Origin: Bacteroidaceae bacterium
GTDB lineage: Bacteria > Bacteroidota > Bacteroidia > Bacteroidales > Bacteroidaceae
NCBI GenBank assembly: GCA_017466325.1
Contig: JAFTUK010000007.1
Coordinates: forward strand, 11,315-75,314
Direction of reading: 5' to 3'
DNA: 64,000 bases
The position numbers and the translations under genes are program-made. Below, one piece after another: positions 1 to 9,800 of the stretch. The notes beneath the pieces are model-generated. The model had not been told where the DNA came from. It did no database searches and saw nothing but the letters and a program-made list of their open reading frames with translations. Within the stretch, counting starts at the first letter, position 1. Each line of letters starts with the position of its first letter.

Positions 1-787
1 CATGATAGACACCTGCCGCAATGCCTTCCTTTTTCAACTTTTCCGCCAGCTCTTCCGTCGTCTTGCGAGCCAAACAATAGATGATTCCACTCTCACCAGA
101 ATGATGACGAATGAGTTCCACGATGGAACGCAGTTTCTCACGAGCTGAATAGCCACGTTTTACATCGAGACTCAGATTCGGACGGTCAAAGGAACCGATA
201 AACGTCTGGGCGTCCTCGATATTCAGCTGCTTCAGGATGTCCTGTTTGGTTATCTTGTCTGCCGTAGCTGTCAGCGCCATGATAGGAACACTTGGAAACA
301 ATTCACGTAATAGTCTCAATTGTGTGTACTCTGGTCGGAAATCATGACCCCAACTGGAGATGCAATGTGCCTCGTCGATAGCAAAGAGCGATACGTTTGT
401 CTTCTGCAATAGGTGCATCATACCGCTCACCAGTCGTTCTGGTGAGATATAGAGCAGTTTCACTTTCCCCTCTAGGCATCGGTTGATGATATCGCGGTTC
501 TTTCCCTCATCATTGCTGCTGTTCAATGCCTCTGCCGCTATGCCGTTTGCCTTCAGTGCCTCCACCTGGTCCTTCATCAGTGAGATGAGCGGTGAGACAA
601 TAACTGCCATTCCGTCCATTGCTAATGCAGAAATCTGAAAGCAGAGCGATTTGCCTCCGCCTGTTGGCATTAGAACAAGAGAGTCACCACCATCAATGGT
701 ATGGCAGATAATCTTCTCTTGCATCGGTCGAAAAGTATCGTACCCGAATTTCGTTTTGAGCAACCTATATAATAAATTGTTGTTCAT
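1..787 (-). CDS. recQ: ATP-dependent DNA helicase RecQ, N-terminal part (gene runs off the left edge)
   Basis: Not in the ORF track because it is truncated. Manual minus-strand translation from the ATG at 785-787 gives MNNNLLYRLLKTKFGYDTFRPMQEKII..LVLMPTGGGKSLCFQ (Walker A)..LFAIDEAHCISSWGHDFRPEY (DEAH box)..MALTATA. Confidence 0.85.
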   Translation of the reverse strand, partial: MNNNLLYRLLKTKFGYDTFRPMQEKIICHTIDGGDSLVLMPTGGGKSLCFQISALAMDGMAVIVSPLISLMKDQVEALKANGIAAEALNSSNDEGKNRDIINRCLEGKVKLLYISPERLVSGMMHLLQKTNVSLFAIDEAHCISSWGHDFRPEYTQLRLLRELFPSVPIMALTATADKITKQDILKQLNIEDAQTFIGSFDRPNLSLDVKRGYSAREKLRSIVELIRHHSGESGIIYCLARKTTEELAEKLKKEGIAAGVYH

Positions 788-801
788 GATAAACACCTAT
801 A

Positions 802-1182
802 TTAGTACTTTTGCTTTTGGGGAATCACGCCACGCACCCCGCCTTTGGGATTGGACACGTCGCCCTTGTATCGGGGAATAACATGCATGTGACAATGAAA
901 GACCGATTGGCCAGCGGCTTCGCCTATGTTAATACCGACATTATATCCATTGGGATGGAAACGCTCGTCAATCTTCTGTCTGACATATTGCAGCACGACG
1001 TTCATGGCCTCGCGCTCATGGTTCGTCAGATCAAAGTAGGAGGCGACGTGCCTCTTGGGGATGATAAGCGCATGACCGGGCGAGACGGGATAGCCGTCGT
1101 AGAAGGCCACGCAGGTAGCTGTCTCGCAGATGATTTCCACTCGGCGGGAAAGGCGGCAGAAAGGACACTTCTCGCCTTCCAC
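802..1182 (-). CDS. HIT-family (histidine triad) nucleotide hydrolase
   Basis: 126-aa ORF with CPFC..GHALIIPKRHV and the histidine triad HCHMHVIPR. The start is GTG, and no ATG is available upstream in this frame. Confidence 0.85.
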   Translation of the reverse strand: MEGEKCPFCRLSRRVEIICETATCVAFYDGYPVSPGHALIIPKRHVASYFDLTNHEREAMNVVLQYVRQKIDERFHPNGYNVGINIGEAAGQSVFHCHMHVIPRYKGDVSNPKGGVRGVIPQKQKY

Positions 1183-1664
1183 GCGCGGCAGCTTGTTGAA
1201 ATGGTTGTATTGGTATAGTTCGTAGCTCTTATTGCTGAGAGGCTCTTGTATGGCAGTTTTACGTTACATTGGTAAGTGTATTGCGTGTGGATGGCGTGGA
1301 GCCGGAAGCCCTCTTCCGTCAGGTCACGTCGTACCGCAAAGTAGGCCGTCCCCTTAGGGGAAAGCAGGTTGGCGACATTCATCAACACCTCGGCCTGGGC
1401 GTAGGGTTCCAAGACGTTCAGCACATAGTTGCAGAAGATGGTGTCGAACTTGCCCTCAGGGAAGTCCGGGCGGTAGTAGTAATCGTAGCCGATGATGTCG
1501 AAGCCTTGCTTCCTGAGTTCGTCGGTATCGAAACCGAAACCGCATCCGAAGTCGAGAATCTTGCCTCTGAGCAGATTGTGCTGCATGAGGTATCGCGTGG
1601 GCACAGAGAAATCCGTGCGCTTGATGGCTGTAAGGTAGGGATGGTTTATCTTCTCTGGTTCCAT
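1026..1664 (-). CDS. Small class I SAM-dependent methyltransferase (3' end uncertain)
   Basis: Motif I ILDFGCGFG, then DTIFCNYVLNVL and PKGTAYFAV. The last ~55 codons overlap the HIT gene in another frame and look non-protein-like. Confidence 0.65.
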   Translation of the reverse strand: MEPEKINHPYLTAIKRTDFSVPTRYLMQHNLLRGKILDFGCGFGFDTDELRKQGFDIIGYDYYYRPDFPEGKFDTIFCNYVLNVLEPYAQAEVLMNVANLLSPKGTAYFAVRRDLTEEGFRLHAIHTQYTYQCNVKLPYKSLSAIRATNYTNTTISTSCRAWKARSVLSAAFPAEWKSSARQLPAWPSTTAIPSRPVMRLSSPRGTSPPTLI

Positions 1665-1666
1665 AG

Positions 1667-2746
1667 TTATTGGGGGCTTAGGGTTCGGTATCCCATGTTG
1701 ACAGCCATTTGGCTAAGAGGGGAGAATGTCTTGCGGCAGACGTTCAGGAACAGGTCGTTGGACATTTGCATCAAGTCCTGCGGGGAATAGCCCAAGGCAT
1801 AATACTCGTCCAAAGTATTGTCCCTTTTCCCGCTTTGTGGGATATACAAGCGCAAAGCTCTGTGCTGAACCTCTGCCATCTTGGGAAGATAGTAGTCGAG
1901 GTCGGGGATGCGGTTGCTCTTGGAAGAATTAAACGAGCCGTCGGTAGGAATCAGGTTCCAGTTCTGATTGTGCGACACGAAGCTCCACGGAATGAAGTGG
2001 TCGAGGTCATATTCGTTCCTTCCAAGTGGCGTGTCCTTGTATATGCACCAGATGGGGCCACCTATCTCGATGACCTTATTCCAGAACTTCTTCTGTCTGT
2101 TCAGCGGTTCCCGTTCTTCCAGGCGAAGCAACTTGCCGGATATGTTCGGTACGTTGGGATTCTTCGACTGCAAGAACAACGTGAGGTTCCACAAAGCAAA
2201 ATCGCGAAGCACCTCATAATTGGTTGTCAGATAACTGCTCCAACGCAGATTGATGGTAACCGTAAGCCTTTCACCACTACCCGTCAGGGAATACAAACAA
2301 TCATTCTCAAACGACTGGCTGCGACGTTGCATCTCGGAATCGTCGGTTGTGTCAATACAAGGCTTCTGAAAGCGGAAAGGGACATTATTCAACAGAATCT
2401 TGACTCTCTTCTTCACCTCCCTGTCCTCCGAAATGGCATTAGAGATGGCTTCATTCTTGTCTTCGAGCCTGTCATCTACCGTAATGCCCGTCAACAGAGC
2501 CACATCGGGAATAATCTTCGACATGGAATCGCCCTTGCCAAACGACAGTCGGATATACTGGGTCGGGTACCAAGCGTAGGCAACCATCCGAACCGCCACA
2601 TCGAGAGCCAGCATTTCATCCTTCTGCTCCTTGACGTGCATGTCGAGCAACGCCAAGAGCCAATAGAATTTGTACGTTGCAGTTGTCGTGTCAAACACGC
2701 GATTCATGGCGTTGGTTGACAATATGTCCGACTGAGGAATCTGCAT
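1667..2746 (-). CDS. HNH endonuclease-domain protein with an uncharacterised N-terminal domain
   Basis: C-terminal HNH pattern EYDLDHFIPWSF..NWNLIP..NSSKSNRIP. Its stop lies 2 nt before the methyltransferase ATG. I could not assign the N-terminal ATYKFYWLLALL region. Confidence 0.7.
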   Translation of the reverse strand: MQIPQSDILSTNAMNRVFDTTTATYKFYWLLALLDMHVKEQKDEMLALDVAVRMVAYAWYPTQYIRLSFGKGDSMSKIIPDVALLTGITVDDRLEDKNEAISNAISEDREVKKRVKILLNNVPFRFQKPCIDTTDDSEMQRRSQSFENDCLYSLTGSGERLTVTINLRWSSYLTTNYEVLRDFALWNLTLFLQSKNPNVPNISGKLLRLEEREPLNRQKKFWNKVIEIGGPIWCIYKDTPLGRNEYDLDHFIPWSFVSHNQNWNLIPTDGSFNSSKSNRIPDLDYYLPKMAEVQHRALRLYIPQSGKRDNTLDEYYALGYSPQDLMQMSNDLFLNVCRKTFSPLSQMAVNMGYRTLSPQ

Positions 2747-2782
2747 ATCTTTTACAAATTAAAATGTATTATAATACGAACG

Positions 2783-3061
2783 TCAGAATTCAGAATGTTT
2801 ACCGTCCACCCCTGTTTCAGTCTGGGAATCAACTTTCTCTTCATTTTTATCAAGCTCTTCATACCTGACAAGGTCTTTAAATTCCACGCCAAGCAACCTT
2901 GTTATCTTCATCAGCGATTCCAACGGAGGTTGTGACGAGTTGGTACACCACTTAGATACAGTAGTTGGCGCACATCCCAACTGCTTGGACAGCCAGAGAT
3001 TAGACTTCTTTTTTTCTGCCAGTATCACCTTCAGGCGATTGAGGTCTTTGTTACTTGCCAT
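2783..3061 (-). CDS. XRE/Cro-C1 family helix-turn-helix transcriptional regulator
   Basis: 92 aa. LWLSKQLGCAPTTVSKWCTNSSQPPLESLMKITRLLGV is a typical HTH_3 pattern. Confidence 0.8.
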   Translation of the reverse strand: MASNKDLNRLKVILAEKKKSNLWLSKQLGCAPTTVSKWCTNSSQPPLESLMKITRLLGVEFKDLVRYEELDKNEEKVDSQTETGVDGKHSEF

Positions 3062-3293
3062 TGCAATATGTTTGTTATTCGCTCACAAAGGTACTCATTT
3101 TATCTCAGACCAAGGTCTGATGGCCATTAAAAGTTACTAAAACGAGTGCTTTTAGTGAATTTTATTCACTTTACAGAGCGGTTTGTTTCTTTTTTCTTGT
3201 CAAAAGCAGGATTAATTCAATATCCTAACAACAGATGCTCAGTTTAAGTACCTCATCTGTTTATTCTTCACAGACGGGGGAATGCCACTGTGA

Positions 3294-4013
3294 CTAATCA
3301 ACACAATACGACCTTCCCAAAAAATCGGGAAACAAGTCTGTTTCATAATACTTATGGGCCAGTACGCGCATAAACTCAAATCCTGCGACATCTGTTCTAT
3401 ATACTATCGAACTGTTTTTTTTCGAATAATTCTTATGAAATCCATCAAGAGTATCGGGAAGTTTTATATCAGTCTGAACAGCCATTTCATCATAGAGGCG
3501 ATGTTCAAAAAGAGCCTGTTCGATATCGAATTCATCCGTAATGGGAAATGCAATCTGCAAATTAACGCCAGATTCCTTAACAGTCTTATTAAACGGTGTA
3601 TAAAGCTGTGGTATATTCAAATAAGCAATTAGTTCAAATATCACAGTTAGCAAAAGTGATGATTCGCAGCAATAGTCGTCATCCTTTACATAAAGGCTCC
3701 TCGCTAAAGCCAATCGATTCCCCGTCATTTCCTGCCACATTTTTTTATCTTGATCTCTTTTAGTCATGTTTATAACTACATCCATCAGATATTTTCCGAG
3801 AAAATGCACATCTTCCTTATTACCTTTAGATCGGTTATAAATATATAAGGATACCATTTGAATAGGGATAGAATGCGTATCCAATAATGGCATTGTACAA
3901 GCGGTGTTCTTTTCTATGACTAATCTCAACGTATCAAGTCTGTTCCTTATTTCTTTCTGTGTTGGACGACCTATTGAATCTGTCAAGAAAAAGAAATAGG
4001 TTAAATCCTCCAA
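3294..4013 (-). CDS. Hypothetical protein, downstream partner of the 775-aa ORF
   Basis: 239-aa ORF whose start overlaps the end of the upstream ORF by 13 nt. No motif recognised. Confidence 0.5.
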   Translation of the reverse strand: MEDLTYFFFLTDSIGRPTQKEIRNRLDTLRLVIEKNTACTMPLLDTHSIPIQMVSLYIYNRSKGNKEDVHFLGKYLMDVVINMTKRDQDKKMWQEMTGNRLALARSLYVKDDDYCCESSLLLTVIFELIAYLNIPQLYTPFNKTVKESGVNLQIAFPITDEFDIEQALFEHRLYDEMAVQTDIKLPDTLDGFHKNYSKKNSSIVYRTDVAGFEFMRVLAHKYYETDLFPDFLGRSYCVD

Positions 4014-6328
4014 AAATCAAAGCATCTGAGCGGATAGAATATATATTCTGTGTCAGAAGACTCAAATCCATACATACTCTTGTTGAGTCTTGCTACAGAC
4101 AAAATCTTATTTACATACTCTTCATAAATCTGCACTTGTAGTAATACTAAACTATAAAAATGCTTGATAATTGCAGCTTTTTTCTCTTTCTTTCCTTTAA
4201 GAATCCATGCCCATGTTTTCACCAAGATGGTATCTATACAGAATTTTGCAGGTAGAAGGTTATTACAGTCTTTTGAATAAAAATAAATCATAGAGGCTAT
4301 TAAACGCAGTGTAGCAAACAGATTGATTACAACTCTCCTCCCCTCTTTCTTCTTACCATCTATTTTCTGGATTTGCAAGTCTATCAATGAAACAATATCT
4401 TTGAAATTATTTCCTTCGCCATCCAACAAAACAAGAACCTTTTTAAATAACCTGCAACTCTCCTCGTCCGTCAGGAGGGTTTCATCAAACAAATACTCTG
4501 AGAAGAGTGTTGTCAACTTGTCCAAATCCCATCTGTCAAAACTCCCTTCTGGAAAATTCTCTTCCACATAATCATTAAGGGTAAGGAGTGCATTCGCTTC
4601 TGCATAACCATTATGTACAAAGACATATTTCCTCGGAAATTTTGATAACCCTAAGATAGAAGCGTCTCGGTACTTCGTATTCTTAGATGCATTTAATGAC
4701 TCTATTATGCCATCTCTTGCAGATAGAGTCCTATCGGTAATATCTTTAGCACTGAACCCCTTAAGTTCAAAAAGGAAAAGAGTGTCCACCCCGTCAATAT
4801 TCTTAGCTGCTACCACATCTCTACCATATTGGGGTTGGCCTTTAGACTGTTTTGGAGTTAACAAAATCCTATAGCCCATCTGCTTCAAGAGCAGTGGGAA
4901 AATATAGTCTAACTCATTGTCCTCTTTTAGGGTGGCTATATATTGCTTAATTATTTCTTGTTTTACATCCCAATCTTCAATAACTTTATTTATCCAATCC
5001 TCCTGTTCCATCGGTGTCATGGATTGTACCAGTTGTCTAGAAGGCATTGAGAACTTAATGTGCGCCAAATGATGTACAACTCCATTCTCATCACGCCAAC
5101 CACCACCTCTGGCAAGAACAACATTCTTTGCTATATCTTTCAAAATACTTTTGTGTCCCTTTTCCGCTTCTCTCATCTGTTCCTGCATGTGCACCTTCTG
5201 CAATCGCATCGTTTCCTGAAACTCAGACATGTGGCTATATCTGGGTGACAATTCTTTCATGCTTCGTCTCTTTTCCAGTGCATCCGCTCTTCGTTCATAG
5301 TATTGCTTAATGACATCTATATACTTACTCTCCAGTTTCGGCTTATTTAAGGCATTAATAACATGCCCCATATAGTCATCCAAATATGGGTCCAATTGTC
5401 CCATAAGGATATTTCTCACACGCTCCGATTTACTATCTATGAGAGGGAGCAATTTTGGTAAACGAGTCTCAGGATTACCATAGTCCTGAAGCATGCTAAT
5501 AATAAACAGGCATTGGAGATCTTCGGGTAAATCCTTCTGTGCATTAAAACTCGAGGTCTCAAAATGAAAATTATCCCATAGCCTTCTTCCCACAATACGG
5601 TACATGCCCTTTGGGTGCATCACAAATGACAATACCATATTCTGAAAATAGTCATTGTGTTCATGCAAACTTCTAAGACATCCTTCCATTCTTAATATAT
5701 CGGTAGGTTGAAGGTTCTCAGCTATACAGACAAAGATTTTAGTTAGAAACTCAGGGTCTTTCGCATGAATACCAATAGAACTATCTATTGCATCAAGTGA
5801 TGCCTCTTTCTTCTCCCCCCTTAGACCTTTTATCAACGACAAAACGCACTCCTCTTCAAATGCAGTTACCTCCTGTTCCATGAACATCCAATTGCACAAA
5901 GGAGTCACATAGGGTGTTGTATCGCCATTTATTAAATCAAGGATAACCTCTTCACATTTACCCTTTCTTTTTTCATTTAACTTACCGTGTATAAAGAGGA
6001 AGAATGCCATTGCTGAGGTCGAAGTGAACGAAGGAAGATTTATTGCTGTATCGAATGCCTTGTTCACCTCATGCTGCTTCAATGAATTCGCTTTTACAAA
6101 GGCCAGCGCGAAAAACTCTTTATTATCCTCGGGCGGATATTCAGCATAATAGCGTTCGAAATTGTTCTCCATCAGACCTGCCATAATGCTCAATCGATAT
6201 TGCGGTAATAAAGACATTAAAGTAACGGCTTCATCGTAATATGTGTTACCATATATTTGTGTGGCCCTGCTCATTAGCCCGTCAATGCCATCTTCCTTTC
6301 CTTCAAAGGATTGTATCACCCGTACCAT
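4001..6328 (-). CDS. Large helical protein with a central Mrr-like PD-(D/E)XK nuclease core
   Basis: 775-aa ORF. LDYIFPLLLKQMGYRIL..QYGRDVVAAK..LFLFELKG matches the restriction-endonuclease D..(E/Q)xK arrangement. No P-loop seen. Confidence 0.55.
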   Translation of the reverse strand: MVRVIQSFEGKEDGIDGLMSRATQIYGNTYYDEAVTLMSLLPQYRLSIMAGLMENNFERYYAEYPPEDNKEFFALAFVKANSLKQHEVNKAFDTAINLPSFTSTSAMAFFLFIHGKLNEKRKGKCEEVILDLINGDTTPYVTPLCNWMFMEQEVTAFEEECVLSLIKGLRGEKKEASLDAIDSSIGIHAKDPEFLTKIFVCIAENLQPTDILRMEGCLRSLHEHNDYFQNMVLSFVMHPKGMYRIVGRRLWDNFHFETSSFNAQKDLPEDLQCLFIISMLQDYGNPETRLPKLLPLIDSKSERVRNILMGQLDPYLDDYMGHVINALNKPKLESKYIDVIKQYYERRADALEKRRSMKELSPRYSHMSEFQETMRLQKVHMQEQMREAEKGHKSILKDIAKNVVLARGGGWRDENGVVHHLAHIKFSMPSRQLVQSMTPMEQEDWINKVIEDWDVKQEIIKQYIATLKEDNELDYIFPLLLKQMGYRILLTPKQSKGQPQYGRDVVAAKNIDGVDTLFLFELKGFSAKDITDRTLSARDGIIESLNASKNTKYRDASILGLSKFPRKYVFVHNGYAEANALLTLNDYVEENFPEGSFDRWDLDKLTTLFSEYLFDETLLTDEESCRLFKKVLVLLDGEGNNFKDIVSLIDLQIQKIDGKKKEGRRVVINLFATLRLIASMIYFYSKDCNNLLPAKFCIDTILVKTWAWILKGKKEKKAAIIKHFYSLVLLQVQIYEEYVNKILSVARLNKSMYGFESSDTEYIFYPLRCFDFWRI

Positions 6329-6348
6329 AAAATCAGGATTCCATCCTG

Positions 6349-6642
6349 CTATGCCGGCAATAAGATGGAACGACCACGCCCATCTCCAAACATGATCTTT
6401 TTCAGTAAAGACAAATTTCCATCTTTCTTTACCGCGATAAAAGCCAAAGACACGGCAAAATAATAGCCAGCACCATCATGCCCCAAACCTAATGGTTTGA
6501 TGATCCCCTCATGCTTGGCCTAGTATGATGGTGACTCGCTGAACTCAAATTCACCAACATCTGCTTTTTCATTCAAGAAATTTACGACCTTGGTGAGCTC
6601 CTCTTGAGAGTTCGGTATATTATTGCGCCCGTTAAATATCAT
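6349..6642 (-). pseudogene. Decayed small ORF or 5' leader remnant upstream of the 775-aa ORF
   Basis: Manual translation from the ATG at 6640-6642 gives MIFNGRNNIPNSQEELTKVVNFLNEKADVGEFEFSESPSY, then an in-frame TAG (6520-6522), then AKHEGIIKPLGLGHDGAGYYFAVSLAF... The 775-aa frame is also open upstream to 6475 without a start codon. Confidence 0.35.
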
Positions 6643-6816
6643 TGTTACCTTATTATCTTACTCACTTTTATTCTCTCCTTGATCTTCTTCCTTCATATGA
6701 TTCATCGTTTCTAGCAAATCCATTCGTTCCATTGTGGTCAGCCCTTCTACACTATTCTTATTAAGTAGCTCATCAATTTTTGTAGGGTCCACTTTAACCG
6801 CTTTGGGCAAATCCCT

Positions 6817-9800
6817 CTATATTACCCTCATTGGTTGAATAACGGTCACGGGACCTTCCTGCTCATATCTATAGGCAGCTGACAGATCTTTCATAATGGA
6901 ATGCGGTGCCTCAGCTCGTAACACTTTCTCGCCAAGGACGTAATAGAATAACACATAATTTTTCCTTCTCAAAAATTCATCCAGTATGTCCTTCCTAACG
7001 AATAGTCCAGTAACGCCATCTTCTTTGGAAGAATTAATCGCCGCAATAGTGTCATCTGTTTGTAATTTTACAATACCTCTTACATCAGAATTATATAGTC
7101 CCATCTCTTTCATCATCTCCACACAGGGCATATACACCGTCGTGAGATAATCGTCCTCGTAGGCTATGCCCTCCCAGTGTTCCTGCAATTGTGCTTCATA
7201 GGCCAACATTACATCACAAGGACTTCCATTTGATGGTCTTTCCCATGCAGGCAATTCGATAGCATTATAATACGCATCAGCCCAAGGATAGTCATTCCAC
7301 AAAAACTTATACATCCCATTTCTTTCTGGCATCCATCTTCCATAAAAGTTCTTGTCTCGACACCATTCCGCAAATGCTTCAGAATCAGATTTCTTCACAA
7401 AGGCCGCGTTCGTAATCACCACGGTCTCTTTATCACCCCCTGTAGCCTTGTCAAATCCTCTTAGCATCACGAAAGGAATACTCCCTTCTACTAACACTTG
7501 GTTCCTGAACGTCGGAACGTACTTGTTATTGTCTATCCACGATTCGTCTTGTGTTCCAATTACCTCCAACGCCTCTACACCACTCAAAAGTTTATTATAC
7601 GAATTATACACTTCAACATCAAGTGTTGGATCAAAATATGTCACCTCCGATGTATTCCATGGATATGGAGTTGGGGTAAGTTCATCTTCTTTTGCTTTGT
7701 CTGAATAATGATAAGAACTTCTTGTCACCTTATAACTATCCATTAGTCTAGCATTCAACCTAAACCAAGCTAACCACTGAAATTTTTTTCCTATACGTTC
7801 CTCATCATTGTGTGACCTATCAACCGAGTACTTTCCATTATCTAATGAACCCAGTTTATCATTCCATCCAAACACATTCTTGATATAATATGCTATTTCA
7901 GCCTCTTCTCTAGTCAAATCATCACCCAAATAGATTCCCCCAATCTCATCATACTTGAAATAATCACTACTCCTGTGTCTATTGTTGGTTCCTATTATAT
8001 AACGGTTAAAGTCCTCAAATCCAAAGATTGAGTTATACATCAATCTCGAACCATGCTGCATTCCAAAGTAGTCTCGATTTATATCTTCGTAAGGCGTTAT
8101 CTTATCCTCATCAAAAGGCAAAGCTGCAAATGGCGTTTGTATCTTTGACCAGCAATCATTATGTTCATCTAGAGCATATGCTCTTTCAATAATCTTCAAA
8201 GTCCATTGCCGCACTATCAAGTCTTGAGGCACAGTTTCAGCCTGCCCATAGAAGGTTTTGTATATGTATTCCGCGATGCTTCCTGCTAACTCCTCATTTC
8301 TCGTTGTTAGAACCACTCCGGCAACGGCACAGTACAATCCCGCTACGACGTATGGATCATTCACTTTCTCAAACTGTTTAAGTAGCCATAATATCACATC
8401 AGTATGACTATTCAATTGCTTCCGAATCATACGCATCGTCAAAGCACGACACTTAGGATGTGAACTGGTCAATAACCAACCCAGCCTGATAAGATACACC
8501 CTTTCTTGTTCATCCACACTAATCTCGGGATTAACGTCAATTGGGAACACTCCTATGATTCCACTGCCGTAATTCTCAAACAAACCGTTCACAAAATGCG
8601 TCCATAATAAGTCTCTCTTGCCAATTGTTTCGTATGATTTCAGATGCTCATGTATTTCAAGAGCTTGTTGCATTGACATCTCCTGCGGAGAGCGTAACAT
8701 TTTCAAATCACGCTCTATTGTAGGATCCAGTTCTATCATCTTGTCCATCACCTCATCGAATGTCATATCTGAACCCATTAGGTATGCTATATACTCCTCA
8801 CGCAAGAACTCATTGCGGCGAATCATTTCGCTCCGCTGTAACTGAGCACTTTGTCTCGTCCAACAATCAAATAGGGCCACCACTGCGTTCTCGAATTTAC
8901 TGGATGATACTTCTGGATGACGCTCAAAATATCGTTTCTTATCTGCTATCCATCCCAGTGTCTCATCAACATTCATCTTCGAGAGCATCAACTGCTCTGC
9001 CTTGTAATAGTCGCCAAAGTTCTCATATTCAAACATCACCGCCGCGCCACCTTCATCTGAACGGTCGTTCAACAGTAGGCTTGATGTCAACATGGCATTT
9101 AACAAGTCTTGACTCCAAAGTCTCCCAGGGCATAGCCTACGGGCATATTCTCTAGCTTTATTTCGCGAAATCGTATTAAAGTGGTTTGTATAAACAGAAT
9201 AGTTGGCAAGCTTCTTCAAATAACGGTCTGCAATATTCAGTTCTACATCCTCATCCACCTGTTGAGAGACGGCTACGTTTTTTTTCTCCACATACTTTTT
9301 GTAGATGGTCTCCTTCGACAAAGTGGACAACTCTTTCTGCGACATGGAATGAAAGGTCTCGCAGAATATTTTCAAAAACAACGGATTACCAAATGCCTCC
9401 AGGTTTTTCTCTTTGTATGATTGCGGAATCTCATACCTTTCGAAGAAATTGTTGATGGCCGTTTCTTTGTCCTCAAAACCATCTACTTCTATGGTCTTCC
9501 ATCGGGCATCTATCACAGCAAGGTCGTTCAATTCTTGTTCAAAAGGGCTCCTGACTGATATGATTAACTTGATGTTGTCATGTTTTGCTATTTCCGTTCT
9601 GAGTGCTCCAAGGTGGTTATTCCAGTAAGAGCAGCCCAGTCCTTCGTTGATGGCATCTATCACTATCACGGCATAGCGATTCTTCTTCTGCATGTCGTTA
9701 TTAAAGTCTTCAAAGCTCTTTTCTTCACACACCACACTTCTGATATGTTCTGTTGCTGTCTCGTGTGCACTGAACTCTGTCCCGAAAAATAGATAGATGT

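Noticed and set aside
651-1790. Plus-strand ORFs 651..881, 811..1218 and 1269..1790
   Set aside because: They are antisense to the recQ, HIT and methyltransferase genes, which carry clear motifs.
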